Part shown: positions 1 to 9,647 of the stretch, in pieces
Layout of the letters: each line of letters starts with the position of its first letter
How positions within the stretch are numbered: position 1 is the stretch's first letter
Assembly: GCA_964536415.1 (NCBI GenBank)
Contig: CAZHXN010000002.1
Coordinates: forward strand, 785 to 64,784
Length of the DNA: 64,000 nt
Source: an uncultured bacterium
Lineage (GTDB): Bacteria; Cyanobacteriota; Cyanobacteriia; B231
Reading direction: 5' to 3'
Notes under the pieces: model-generated
Told to the model about the DNA's origin: nothing
Database searches by the model: none
The model's input: the letters and a program-made list of their open reading frames with translations, nothing else
Translations under genes and position numbers: made by a program

Positions 1-1040
1 ACCCCAAATTTACAAATAATTTGACCTGCTCCCGGTTGCCATAATCGGTGTTGCAAGTGTTTCCACAAGGATGCTTCGACTTGGGCATCGGCAATTTCGC
101 CCTGAAGTTGGCGTTGATGACCAACGGCTAAAAAGCGATGGGCTTGCTCCTTAACACTGGCCTCTAATCCGCCAAACCGCACCAGTAGCCCATATCCCTC
201 GCTCCCATTCATCGCAGCCACAAGAGTCGGTGAAAGAATTTCCACCGCGATCGGCACCAGAGCCGAATTTAATAGGATTTGTGCCGCTTGGGCGATCGCC
301 GTTGCAGCCCCCGTTAACACCACCGTTTGCCCCATTTCCGGACGTGGATAAACCCGCAACGTCACTTGGCTGATCGCTGCCAATGTGCCCCAGGAGCCAG
401 TCATCAACTTCATCAGATCGTAGCCGGCCACATTTTTCACCACCCGGCCCCCCGCTTTGGCAATTTGGCCGTCCGATCGCACAAAGGTAATCCCCAACAG
501 GAGATCCCGAATGCCCCCATACCGCTGCCGTAAAGCACCCGTATCTGCGGTGGCCACAATACCGCCGATCGTCGCTTGCTCTGGATAGGCCGGATCGATC
601 GGCAAAAATTGATTAGCCCTGGCCAGGGTTGCCTGGAGGTCTGCCAACCGCACACCCGCTTCCACGGTTACCGTCAAGTCACCCACAGCGTGTTCTACTA
701 GCCGATTCAGGTGCCGGGTGCTGACGATTAGCAGGGGAGCATCCGATGAAGTTTTAAGTAACCCCCCCCACCCTAATTTGCTGCCATGACCGCTCATTAA
801 TAACGACCATCGTTGTTCCTGGGCACAGGCCATTACCATCGCCAGTTCCGCTTGACTGCGGGGATACACCCAGCCTCCCACCATTGTACGTGGGTCCAAT
901 GCTACCGCCACCCGTTGACGATCGGCTTCAGTCGCCTTTTCCCAAGTCACCATTTGCGCTGGGCCAACGATCGGGATTAAACAATCGGCTATATGTGCCG
1001 CGATCGCTTCAGGCGTTGGGTTAGCAGCGTTGAGCACCAT
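1..1040 (-). CDS. glcE: FAD-binding glycolate oxidase/dehydrogenase subunit GlcE-like protein; N-terminal ~346 codons only, 3' end runs off the window
   Basis: Absent from the ORF track because it is open to the window edge. Manual minus-strand translation from ATG (1040-1038) gives MVLNAANPTPEAIAAHIADCL...MSGHGSKLGWGG...VEAGVRLADLQATLA...GGRVVKNVAGYDLMKLMTGSWGTLAAISQVTLRVYPRP with no stop down to position 1. This is the PCMH-type FAD-binding pattern of the GlcE/GlcD family. Confidence 0.7.
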   Translation of the reverse strand, partial: MVLNAANPTPEAIAAHIADCLIPIVGPAQMVTWEKATEADRQRVAVALDPRTMVGGWVYPRSQAELAMVMACAQEQRWSLLMSGHGSKLGWGGLLKTSSDAPLLIVSTRHLNRLVEHAVGDLTVTVEAGVRLADLQATLARANQFLPIDPAYPEQATIGGIVATADTGALRQRYGGIRDLLLGITFVRSDGQIAKAGGRVVKNVAGYDLMKLMTGSWGTLAAISQVTLRVYPRPEMGQTVVLTGAATAIAQAAQILLNSALVPIAVEILSPTLVAAMNGSEGYGLLVRFGGLEASVKEQAHRFLAVGHQRQLQGEIADAQVEASLWKHLQHRLWQPGAGQIICKFG

Positions 1041-1123
1041 AAGCAAGGTCCATCATCTACGATAGGGTTAGTGAGGTCGAGTGCCCCCTATCATCATCCC
1101 GCAGTTCCGGTCCAATCTCGCGC

Positions 1124-1740
1124 ATGATGACTCTGCCATCTGGATTTACTGCTGATGAGTACCTCGCTCTCGAAGAGAAAGCTACGGTGCGTCACGCGTA
1201 TCGTTATGACCTCGTCTATGCGATGGCGGCAGATAGCGATGACCATGATGAATTAGCACTGAACTTGATTGAACTGTTGCGGCAAACAGTGCGTGACCAG
1301 GGCTGTGAAGTCCGATTGGGCAACGTCAAAGTTACAGCCTTTACCTAGTTTACTCAGTACACCGTTAAGGCTTGGATCTCGATCCGACCGGCAGCCCGCA
1401 TCCCCCAACCCCTGCTCCCAGCCCCCCTAACCCCCCGTTTGCGGGGGGATGGGGAGAAGGGGAGCCGGATTTTCAAGTCCCTCTCCCGCTCTGGGAGAGG
1501 GATTTAGGGTGAGGGTCGCACCAGCGGGCTGCCCCCATCCTACCCCGGTAACACTGTACTTTATGATTAAGGTAAAGACTGTAACTATCGAGGCGATTTT
1601 TTCTATTATCCCGATGTATTTGTCACCTGTGAACCCCATGATCGCAACGATCGCTACATCAAACGTTATCCCAAACTCATTGCCGAAGTATTAGCCCCCG
1701 GTACAGAAACCTGCGATCGCGAGGGACGGCGGTTTTTTTC
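1124..1740 (+). pseudogene. Uma2 (DUF820) family endonuclease gene split by a ~0.2-kb repeat insertion
   Basis: ORF 1124-1348 gives a Uma2-like N-terminus (FTADEYLALEEKATVRHAYRYDLVYAMAADSDDHDELALNLIELLR...LGNVKV) and then a stop. About 250 nt later, in another frame, manual translation from ~1596 reads GDFFYYPDVFVTCEPHDRNDRYIKRYPKLIAEVLAPGTETCDREGRRFF, the conserved Uma2 core. Homology beyond ~1740 is unclear. Confidence 0.55.
1356..1560. mobile_element. MITE-like hairpin-rich repeat element (copy 1) inserted in the Uma2 gene
   Basis: Bounded by imperfect inverted repeats, AGTACACCGTTA (1356-1367) and TAACACTGTACT (1549-1560), 10/12 complementary. The core (1423-1560) is near-identical to 41394-41535 and contains the perfect palindromes CCCCCC-GTTTGC-GGGGGG and CCCTCTCCC-GCTCT-GGGAGAGGG. 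Confidence 0.45.
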
Positions 1741-1933
1741 GGCCCCAGCCGTCAATCTATCATCGGCATTACCTAACCAATCACGGGGCGGGGAACCCGC
1801 GATCGTGAGTAAGACCGAACGCGAACCAAAACCTGCCTGTTTCCAAAGTCAAGCCTGTGGTCGCCCGTGGATGCTCAACCACTAGCTCCCCTCCTCCTCT
1901 AGCAGAGGCGTGGGGAGTGAGGGCTACTAATAA

Positions 1934-1961
1934 CTAACAATTACCCCCTAACAATTACCCC
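1934..1961. repeat. Tandem duplication 2 x 14 nt (CTAACAATTACCCC) spanning the stop codon of the sensor kinase gene
   Basis: Direct reading of the sequence. The second unit contains the TAA (minus strand, 1955-1957) that ends the 1955-5437 ORF. Confidence 0.8.
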
Positions 1962-4900
1962 AGGGGGAACTCAACCGTGAAACAGGTCTGCATGGCTTGA
2001 CTCACCACGGTAATCGATCCCCCTAACAGTTCAACCCGACGTTTTACCAGCGTCAGCCCTAACCCTGTTCCCCCATGCTTCCAGCGATCGCCGCTCGGCA
2101 CTCGATAAAACTTATCGAAAATATAGGGCAACTCGGCGGTGGGGATTTCACTGCCCGTGTTAGTCACCGTAATCTGGATCACCGTCGGCATCGCCGTTGC
2201 GGCAACCGCGATCGTGCCGTTGGGGGGAGTATATTTACACGCATTATGAATTAATTCACCGATCGTGCGCTCTAGCATAAGGGGATCGGAGAGGAAGGGG
2301 GGTAAAGTTGCCTCCAGGCTGAGGCTGAGGGTTTGCTGTTGTTTTTTGGCCCGTTCCTGAAAGGCATTCACCCACGCAGGTAAACACTGGTCTAACTCAA
2401 CTGTGACCAGGGTAGGCAATTCCGTTCCCGCTTCTAGTCGCGAGAGATCTAAGAGGTCATTCACCAAGCCTAATTCTTGCTGATATTGCGATCGCATCAC
2501 GTCTAAATACTGGAAAGCGCGATCGGGCTTAATGCGTAACGTCTCGGCTTGCTCACTGAATAATCCTGGCTGCTCCAAAAATAACTGCAACATGTGCAGG
2601 GCACTATTCATATTCGATAGGGGCGTGCGTAACTCATGGGAAACCGTACTTAAAAAGTCATCCTTCAGTTGATTCAGTCGTTCCAACTCCCTAACTTGCG
2701 CGAGGGATGCCTGGTAAAGTCGTGCCTGTCGCAAGGCGATCGCGCACTGATTTGCAACTTGCTGCACTAAGCGAATATCCTGCTCTGTAAAGCCATAATG
2801 AGGCTCATTAATCACCCAAACATCTCCCAAAACCCCCTGATCAGTTTGCATCGGACAGGCAAGCGTTGCGACTCTGCCTCGCTGGGGATAAGGGGATAGA
2901 CTACAGTATTGAAAACACTGCCCTGCCAGTAATTGTTGATACCCGACGGCAAAATTCTGCATCCGCATCTTATAGTTACGGAAGGGCTGACTGAAGGTCG
3001 TATATTCGTATTTAATCGTGGAGGTTTGCGTCTCCAGATCATACAGTGCTGCATTACATCCCCTAGCCCCCAAAGCACGCGCTAGGGCCTCAACGGCGGT
3101 CTGTAGGATTTGTGCCTCATCGAGATGATCGCGAACTTGATCCGTGATGTGTTTAAGCGTGGCTTCAAATTCAAAGGCTTGCCGCAGTTGACGGGTACGT
3201 TCCTGAACCTCAGATTCCAAAGCTATATTAAATTTTTGAAGCTGTTGATAAAGCTCCGATTGTTGGATTGCGATCGCCACCTGATCGGCTAACTGCGTCA
3301 ACAATTCGACTTCTATCGGTTGCCATTGACGGATACTCGTACATTGCTGGACCACCACCAACCCCCAAAGGGAATTCGATGCTTGAGCGACCGTTGAGGG
3401 CATCAAGACCGGCACGATTAACTTACTGCGGACTGACCACTGTTCGATAATCTCAATTAAGTCAGGACTGAGGCCCAGATCGGGATCACGTATATCCACG
3501 ATGACCTGTACCTGTCCTTGTCGGTACAATTCTTGGGCCTCCACCGCGAAAAGCGCCAGGGGTAAAGATTTGCCGAAGACGGATAGGAATCCGGGTACAA
3601 CTGCCTCAGCAATCACAGTGATTGTTCCATTTTCCATTAATTGGTAGACAAGGACGCGATCGGCCTGGAGAAGGTGTTGGATTTCCGTAACCGTCGTGTT
3701 CAGGATCTCCTGAAGTTCTAAGGATTGTCGAATATGTTGGGTAATCGTTTTGATAAGACGTTCATGTTGAATGCGCTGTTGGAGAGTATGTTCTGCTTGT
3801 TTACGATCGCTAATATCAACGCCAATGCCCCAAGCCCCCCAGCCTTGAATCGGGAATTCATCCGAAATATTTGACCAGGAAATTGTCTTTCGAGTCCCAT
3901 CCTTACAGGTAATCTCCCACTCCCAGTTACGGTAATTATTTCCACGTCTCTGCCAAAGTGCTAGCATGGTTTCACGGTAAGCGGCATCTGGATAAAGCCA
4001 CGAAAAAGCTTGGGGATTATGGATAATCTCTTCGGCACTATAACCCGTGACCTTCTCACACTCCCGATTCCAGACAATTAACTGCCAGTTTTCGTCCACC
4101 GCATCTAACATCACAGGCATATTTTCTAAGATATGTCGGAGGCGTTCTTCATTTTGGCGTAAGGCTATTTCTGCCTGTTTAAGGTCGGTAATATCCCGCG
4201 CCAAAACTAACACAGTTTCTACACGGCCATCTGCATCAAACTCCGGTACCAATTGCGCTGACCAATATTGACGACCACCCTGATTAGTAGGAGTATAGTT
4301 TAATTGCTGATCTTTCCCCGTGGCGAAGACGCGATCGAGGGCTGCATTCCAGCTTGTGATAAAGTCTACTGGGAACAATAGCTCTTCGCTGGTCTTGTGT
4401 ATGAATTGGGCAGCAGGAATTGACAAAATTTGCTCAATTTTGGAATTGATATATAGAAATTCATATTGGTTATGCTCCTCCCCTATTTTTCGGGGCGACA
4501 AACGAGCAACAATATCTGGAATATGTTCAACCAATGCCCGAAATTCTTGCTCTTGACGTAAGAGTTTTTGCTCGGTTCGTTTACACTCAGTAATATCTTT
4601 GCTAATACAGAGGGCACAGGCTTCACCTTCAATATGAATTAATTGAGCCGACAGCAATGCGACTTTTTTCTCACCTCGCTTAGTTTGGTAATAGATCTCT
4701 CGATTTTTGAAATTATGTCTAGCTTTTAGATCGGGAAAAAACTGTTGCTGTTGCTTTAGATCGATCCAAAAATTGAGTTGATCTATCCGCTGACCAATGA
4801 GTTCTTCACGGGTATAGCCAAACAGTTCTAAAAAACAATCATTGGCCTCAATAATTTGGAGATCGCCCAGCCGGATAATCCCGATCGCATCAGGGCTAGC

Positions 4901-5437
4901 CCGAAAAATAGTGGAAAACTTAGCTTCCGATTGTTCCAGCGCAACCTGCATATGTTCAAAAAATTGCTGTAATTGCCAAGCCATTTGGGCACAGGATTGA
5001 CTGAGGGTATCAATTTCCGCGATCGGGTTGGGGGGATAATCGACCTTTCTGACTCCCGCTAACACCGCCTGACTCACCTGGCTCAGATAACGCCATGGCT
5101 GGGCTAGCTGATAACTTAACCACATTGCCAACGTCCCTATCCCCACTACCACCCCCAGATTGATTACCAAGAGGGGAGAACGAATATTGGCCACTTGCGC
5201 CTGTGCGATCGCAACGGCTATCTGCTCCGCTTCCGCCACCTGCCCCTGCATCAAGACCGCCTTGATCGTCTCACGGTCAGCCTGTAAAACGAACCACTCG
5301 ATGGTCGGGATCAGGATGACGATTAGCAACAGCAACGGTACCGTTAGCACCATCTGTAGCGGTAGGCGTCCCAGCAAGGGTGCCAATCGCCAGGAAAATC
5401 TGAAACAGGGTCGTGGGGAATGTTGAGGGACAGACAC
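1955..5437 (-). CDS. Multi-sensor hybrid-architecture histidine kinase (TM/HAMP, 3 PAS, 2 GAF, HisKA, HATPase_c)
   Basis: 1160-aa ORF. H-box DDFLSTVSHELRTPLSNM; G2 box GGTGLGLTLVKRRVELLGG; PAS-like segments (ASPDAIGIIRL..., ILENMPVMLDAVDENWQLIVWNRECEKVTGY); GAF-like segments (LELQEILNTTVTEIQHLLQADRVLVYQL; LDEAQILQTAVEALARALGA). Confidence 0.92.
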   Translation of the reverse strand: MSVPQHSPRPCFRFSWRLAPLLGRLPLQMVLTVPLLLLIVILIPTIEWFVLQADRETIKAVLMQGQVAEAEQIAVAIAQAQVANIRSPLLVINLGVVVGIGTLAMWLSYQLAQPWRYLSQVSQAVLAGVRKVDYPPNPIAEIDTLSQSCAQMAWQLQQFFEHMQVALEQSEAKFSTIFRASPDAIGIIRLGDLQIIEANDCFLELFGYTREELIGQRIDQLNFWIDLKQQQQFFPDLKARHNFKNREIYYQTKRGEKKVALLSAQLIHIEGEACALCISKDITECKRTEQKLLRQEQEFRALVEHIPDIVARLSPRKIGEEHNQYEFLYINSKIEQILSIPAAQFIHKTSEELLFPVDFITSWNAALDRVFATGKDQQLNYTPTNQGGRQYWSAQLVPEFDADGRVETVLVLARDITDLKQAEIALRQNEERLRHILENMPVMLDAVDENWQLIVWNRECEKVTGYSAEEIIHNPQAFSWLYPDAAYRETMLALWQRRGNNYRNWEWEITCKDGTRKTISWSNISDEFPIQGWGAWGIGVDISDRKQAEHTLQQRIQHERLIKTITQHIRQSLELQEILNTTVTEIQHLLQADRVLVYQLMENGTITVIAEAVVPGFLSVFGKSLPLALFAVEAQELYRQGQVQVIVDIRDPDLGLSPDLIEIIEQWSVRSKLIVPVLMPSTVAQASNSLWGLVVVQQCTSIRQWQPIEVELLTQLADQVAIAIQQSELYQQLQKFNIALESEVQERTRQLRQAFEFEATLKHITDQVRDHLDEAQILQTAVEALARALGARGCNAALYDLETQTSTIKYEYTTFSQPFRNYKMRMQNFAVGYQQLLAGQCFQYCSLSPYPQRGRVATLACPMQTDQGVLGDVWVINEPHYGFTEQDIRLVQQVANQCAIALRQARLYQASLAQVRELERLNQLKDDFLSTVSHELRTPLSNMNSALHMLQLFLEQPGLFSEQAETLRIKPDRAFQYLDVMRSQYQQELGLVNDLLDLSRLEAGTELPTLVTVELDQCLPAWVNAFQERAKKQQQTLSLSLEATLPPFLSDPLMLERTIGELIHNACKYTPPNGTIAVAATAMPTVIQITVTNTGSEIPTAELPYIFDKFYRVPSGDRWKHGGTGLGLTLVKRRVELLGGSITVVSQAMQTCFTVEFPLG

Positions 5438-5640
5438 AACAGCAGTCCTTCAAAAATTCAAGACTCTTAAAAATCTAACTGTAAAAAGCAAACCTTGGAA
5501 ATCTACTGTAGTAAAGAGTAGCTCTAGCTACAACACAGTCATGACCAAAGTAGCCCCTTATCAGCATACCCCGCGGCGCCAGTACTATATGCCAGTCGTA
5601 TCTTCCAGTTATAGTTATTTCAGATTAGCAAGAGATGTCT

Positions 5641-5715
5641 AAGCCCCTCTCCCGCTCTGGGAGAGGGGTGGGGGGTGAGGGTGCTGTTTCAGCCTAAATT
5701 GCAATGACTGTACTG
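5641..5715. repeat. Partial copy (copy 2) of the hairpin-rich repeat family
   Basis: Contains CCCCTCTCCCGCTCTGGGAGAGGGG followed by GGTGAGGGTG and ACTGTACT. This matches the core and right end of the 1423-1560 and 41394-41535 copies. Confidence 0.55.
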
Positions 5716-6000
5716 ACCCGATGCGCGGCAAGCCCCGCCGTACCGCTGCGCGGGAGCAAGCTAACAGGCCAGGGAAGAACAGCGCGGACGGCGGAGCCGT
5801 CCTAATAATCAGGATGTCGCCGATATCCAACGCGGCCTACGGCAGGACATGCCGGCAGTAACGCCTGCGGCGATACGAGCAGCGGTCACGCCCTCGGCCT
5901 AGGAACCCGCCGCAGCGCTCAGGGGTGGCTCAATGCCGCGTCCGACCATCCCAGCGGGCACCGATCCTGTGTTTGCCAGGGAAAGCCAGATGCACACCCA

Positions 6001-6972
6001 CTATTCCCCCTGGCGCGATCGCTTTTGCCGCTCAATTTCCCGCTGCAACTGCTCAATCTGTCGCCGTAAGACCTCTGCCTCGCTGGCTGGGCGGGCCTCT
6101 GTCTCCACTGCGCCCTCAGCCCCGGCCTGGGGATAGTCCCCGGCACGAATCCGTTTGTATTCTGCCGAAGCGGCCCACTCCTGCAAATAGTGCACCCGCT
6201 CCACTGTAAACGGATGGGTCAAAAACGTCCCCTGGGACACATTGTTATACAGCAGGAATTTATAGACCTGGTTCAGACTGTCATTATCCAGATCCTGATA
6301 GCGATCGGCCTGACGCAGAAACTCCTCCAAACTGCATTCATGCAACCGACGGGCACTTCCCCCCGCTAGCTTCATCATCGTCTTAAACACCAATGGCAAA
6401 TCATCCGTCACGAGTAAGGCCGCACGATCGGCAGAGAGTTCCGCCTTGCGTAACCACTCATAAAATGCAAACACCAACCCCCGACTGACGATATTGCTAA
6501 TCCCAAAGGTCAAATCCCCAATAAAAAACGCTGCCTCCAACGCCCAGCGGGCCATCTGATTCAACGTCGTGTGCCCACATTTCACATGGCCCAGTTCATG
6601 GGCCAACACCATGCGCAACTCGGTATCATCCAGCAAATCCAATACACCCGTATTCAAAATTACCGACGGTTGTTCCTGCCCTAGGGCATAGGCATTGGCC
6701 ATTGGGTTTTGCATCACAAACAGGGCTGGTTCTGGGGTAATGTCCAGATCATGGACACACTCACGAAACAAGCGATAAAGACTGGCATACTGACGCGGCC
6801 CCACCTGGATGCCATTGCCCATGAAATAGACATAATTGGGCCGTTCCAGGAAAAATTCCATAAACTTTCGCGCCGCCGCCTCAAAACCGGGCAGACTCCG
6901 TAGGGCCTGCTCCGCCTCGCGATCGAGGGGATGGCGAAAGGCTTCACTGGAAATGCCAGGATAGCTAGGCAT
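6001..6972 (-). CDS. M48 family zinc metallopeptidase (apparently soluble, coiled-coil C-terminal tail)
   Basis: 323-aa ORF with HELGHVKCGH (HExxH) and a downstream ELSADRAA glutamate, as in M48. C-terminus EAEVLRRQIEQLQREIERQKR. Confidence 0.88.
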   Translation of the reverse strand: MPSYPGISSEAFRHPLDREAEQALRSLPGFEAAARKFMEFFLERPNYVYFMGNGIQVGPRQYASLYRLFRECVHDLDITPEPALFVMQNPMANAYALGQEQPSVILNTGVLDLLDDTELRMVLAHELGHVKCGHTTLNQMARWALEAAFFIGDLTFGISNIVSRGLVFAFYEWLRKAELSADRAALLVTDDLPLVFKTMMKLAGGSARRLHECSLEEFLRQADRYQDLDNDSLNQVYKFLLYNNVSQGTFLTHPFTVERVHYLQEWAASAEYKRIRAGDYPQAGAEGAVETEARPASEAEVLRRQIEQLQREIERQKRSRQGE

Positions 6973-6976
6973 CGCT

Positions 6977-7750
6977 TTACTCCCTTGCCTCGATATCCAA
7001 CAAGACCTGCACCCACGCCGGTGGGGCAGGGATCGAACTGCCCAAGCGCTCCAGCAACAACCAGGCTGCTAAGTGGACCACAAACAGATAAATAATGCTA
7101 TTGATCACCACCACCGTCACCGCGATCGTCTGAATCACCCAGAGGTCCGGTTGGGCTAATATCCCCAGTTTAGTAAAGATCCACTCCGCCAGGTTAGCAA
7201 TTTGCACCATTGAGTAGGCCCAAAGGTCATCCCCCAACAACAGCGACACCAGCCAGATGCGAAAGAAAAAGCCCACCGTATTCAGCAGCGTACCCAGGCC
7301 GATCGCAATCCACCAATTCACCGCATTCCGCCACAGCCACCCCAACAAAACCCCCAGCAACCCAAAAGGCACAATGAATAGAATGCTGCGCGTCGGTCCC
7401 ATCAACACTGACAAGAGTAACCCCGATACCAGGGTAGCCATCCACGTCGCTCGATGCCCCCAGCGCAGGTAAACCAGCGTGATCGGCAGGGGAAAAAAGA
7501 TCCGTAACAGGGGACCGATCGGAAAATAATAGTTAACCAGCCAAATCAAGCTGGCTGTACTGGCCAAAAATGCTGTTTCCACCAAACTCAGGGGGGCAGG
7601 TGCCGTCAGGTAAGGCTCAGCTAACGGCAGTGATACGGGGGCTGTTGGGGTTCCCGCAGACGGGGCAGCCGCACTGGGGGGTTCCTCATCAGGCCAGCGA
7701 TCGCTGGGCGACGCCAAGGGCATATCGCGACTGTCGGGGGACGAAGGCAT
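6977..7750 (-). CDS. DUF2232-like polytopic membrane protein
   Basis: 257-aa ORF with a Pro/Ala-rich N-terminus followed by multiple hydrophobic helices (LVETAFLASTASLIWLVNYYFPIGPLLRIFFPLPITLVYLRWG...). Only 4 nt upstream of the M48 gene on the same strand. Confidence 0.75.
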   Translation of the reverse strand: MPSSPDSRDMPLASPSDRWPDEEPPSAAAPSAGTPTAPVSLPLAEPYLTAPAPLSLVETAFLASTASLIWLVNYYFPIGPLLRIFFPLPITLVYLRWGHRATWMATLVSGLLLSVLMGPTRSILFIVPFGLLGVLLGWLWRNAVNWWIAIGLGTLLNTVGFFFRIWLVSLLLGDDLWAYSMVQIANLAEWIFTKLGILAQPDLWVIQTIAVTVVVINSIIYLFVVHLAAWLLLERLGSSIPAPPAWVQVLLDIEARE

Positions 7751-7778
7751 AGGGTCAGATCAGGCACTTGTGCGACGC

Positions 7779-8486
7779 TTAGGAGAGCAACAGGCGATCG
7801 AGGGCATCAGTATCGGGGATACACAGCACATCCCGTTCGCGTTGAATTAGCCCTTTTTTTTCTAACTTACTCAAGACCCGCGTCACCGTTTCCCGCGCCA
7901 GCCCACTTAAGCTACTCAGTTCCCGGTGGGGTAAGTTGGGGATCATGACCCCCTTCTCACTGGTTTGCCCCTGGCCATCAGCCAGGAACAGCAGAATATC
8001 TGCGACTCGTGAGGTACTATCCGACTCCCGTAACCGCAGCCGACGATTGACCTGCCGTAGCCGACGAGCCATCAGCTGGGCTAACCGGATCGCCGCTAGG
8101 GGTTCTGTTTGCAACATCTGGACAAAATCCTGGGCGGGGACATTGGCAATCACCGTAGGTGCCAGGGTAATCACATCCGTCGATCGCGGCACCGACTCCA
8201 GAGGAGCCATCTCCCCAAAGATTTCCCCCTTACCCAAAATATTCAGCGTCACTTCCTTACCTTCCAGGTTATAGGTCCGAATTTTAACCCAACCATCTAG
8301 GATGAAATAGACCGAACTCCCCCAGTCGTTTTCTAACAGCAGAATTTGGTTGGCGGGATGGCTGCGCACGACGACATGGGCCGTCGCCTTCTCGACAATC
8401 TCAGCAGGTAAGCCCTGGAAGAAAGTCGAATGACGGATCTGTTCTTCATTTGCGCGATGACTGCGAGAGGCGTGCCGATCTTCCAT
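7779..8486 (-). CDS. Crp/Fnr family transcriptional regulator (cNMP-binding domain + C-terminal HTH)
   Basis: 235-aa ORF. Beta-roll motif GKGEIFGEMAPL and HTH region HRELSSLSGLARETVTRVLSKLEKKGLI. Confidence 0.9.
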   Translation of the reverse strand: MEDRHASRSHRANEEQIRHSTFFQGLPAEIVEKATAHVVVRSHPANQILLLENDWGSSVYFILDGWVKIRTYNLEGKEVTLNILGKGEIFGEMAPLESVPRSTDVITLAPTVIANVPAQDFVQMLQTEPLAAIRLAQLMARRLRQVNRRLRLRESDSTSRVADILLFLADGQGQTSEKGVMIPNLPHRELSSLSGLARETVTRVLSKLEKKGLIQRERDVLCIPDTDALDRLLLS

Positions 8487-8864
8487 CTGGCGTTATAAGC
8501 ATTCAGGATGAGGTCTTAAACAAGCAATGCGATAGCTTTGCGACGCTGAAGGCGTATCTATAGATAGGCCCTGATAAGAGATAGGCCCTGATAGGCCCTA
8601 AACCCCACTCGACACCAGTGCCGAATCGAGGTTGTTCAGTTGGCGAACACCAGTCTAACCCGAAATCAGGCCAAAGCGCGTTAGGCTAGCGGCGACATCG
8701 CCCACCTGGGATTTGCAACCTGGGGCTATCCCCTCCTGCGCCTCCGCGACAAAATCCACCCCCCAAAAAAATTCACCCCCCCCAACCCGCATCCATTGTC
8801 TGTGAGTAACGTGACGCTAGACTGCTCTTAGCATACACTTTAAATTACAAGTGAACTGACCAAC

Positions 8865-8900
8865 ACCGACCAAGCGCCTAATACCGACCAAGCGCCTAAA
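8865..8900. repeat. Tandem duplication 2 x 18 nt (ACCGACCAAGCGCCTAAT/A)
   Basis: Direct reading. Intergenic. Confidence 0.85.
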
Positions 8901-9231
8901 CGTTGAAGGGGCTGCGCGTGGCCTCCTCCGGCGGCATCGGTTATCAGCGACAATACGAAAATAGGCTTGTCCCGAAATCTGGTTGCATCTAGAGAGGGGC
9001 CTCGCCCTGAAATCACCCTGATGGGTTGATACCCAATAGGAATGAAGTGATATGGACGCTGCACTCAGCCCCCTATCCCTTGCACCTTAAGTTAAGTCCC
9101 TGGAGGTTAGCCTGATTGAGATCTAGCCTGATTCGGTGAAGTCTGATTGAGGGACCCTCTGATCACAGATTAATTCGAAGGGGCCAATCTGGGTGAAGTG
9201 CGCTAGTGCGCTGTCAAGTTTAATGTGGGTC

Positions 9232-9300
9232 GGTTGGGTCAAACCCAATGCGACCTAAGCAGGTGAGTGTGTTCGGTCTCGCAAGCTCGACGCCATCTAC
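9232..9300. repeat. Dispersed repeat, copy A (GGTTGGGTCAAACCCAATGCGACC ... GGTCTCGCAAGCTCGACGCCATCTAC)
   Basis: Both end segments recur at 55957-55980 (GGTTGGGCCAAACCCCATGCGACC) and 56074-56098 (GGTCTCGCCCACTCGCTGCCTACCC), with a different-length interior. Confidence 0.35.
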
Positions 9301-9312
9301 AACCTGTTATTT

Positions 9313-9346
9313 TAAGCATGACGGTCTACTAAGCATGACGGTCTAC
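9313..9346. repeat. Tandem duplication 2 x 17 nt (TAAGCATGACGGTCTAC)
   Basis: Direct reading. Intergenic. Confidence 0.85.
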
Positions 9347-9513
9347 TAGGCTAATTAAGGTGCAGGGCGTTTGCTTGATCAGGCGCTCAGGCGCATCCAC
9401 CCCTGTTCAATCTAGTCATTGTTCAGTTATCAAGGTTACACTCATTGTCAAAATCACCGGATGCGATATGCGAATGGCATCGCCCCGCGCTCGCCCAGCG
9501 TTGCCCTTCTCAC

Positions 9514-9549
9514 CTGGACTCTTCCGGGTTACTGGACTCTTCCGGGTTA
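9514..9549. repeat. Tandem duplication 2 x 18 nt (CTGGACTCTTCCGGGTTA)
   Basis: Direct reading. Intergenic, about 100 nt upstream of the 9648 ORF. Confidence 0.85.
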
Positions 9550-9647
9550 GAAGATGCAGGCTGGTTTAGGCTGGCCCTGTTTACCCCTGGGAACCCAGCA
9601 TTGTCATATCCCCAAGCGCTCGACTTGATTGTCCCCTTGTCCGTTGC

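Noticed and set aside
1427-1694. 70-81-aa ORFs across the repeat element (also 41333-41548 and 5639-5830)
   Set aside because: They are generated by the palindromic repeat (PLSRSGRG / GEGFRVR peptides) and recur wherever the repeat occurs. They are therefore repeat artefacts, not genes.
5919-6209. Three overlapping 67-94-aa ORFs on both strands
   Set aside because: They sit in the GC-rich block and the tail of the M48 gene. Multiple open frames are expected at this GC content, and the translations are Arg/Pro/Ala-rich nonsense.
6001-8486. Crp regulator - DUF2232 - M48 peptidase as a novel three-gene system
   Set aside because: The genes are co-oriented and tightly spaced (28 nt and 4 nt gaps), so an operon is likely. 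However, all three are common conserved cyanobacterial genes, and I have no evidence that the combination is unusual.
8564-9549. Possible CRISPR array or minisatellite because of many direct repeats
   Set aside because: Each repeat has only 2 (rarely 3) head-to-tail units, the units differ between sites, and there are no spacers of constant length. No cas genes are in the window.
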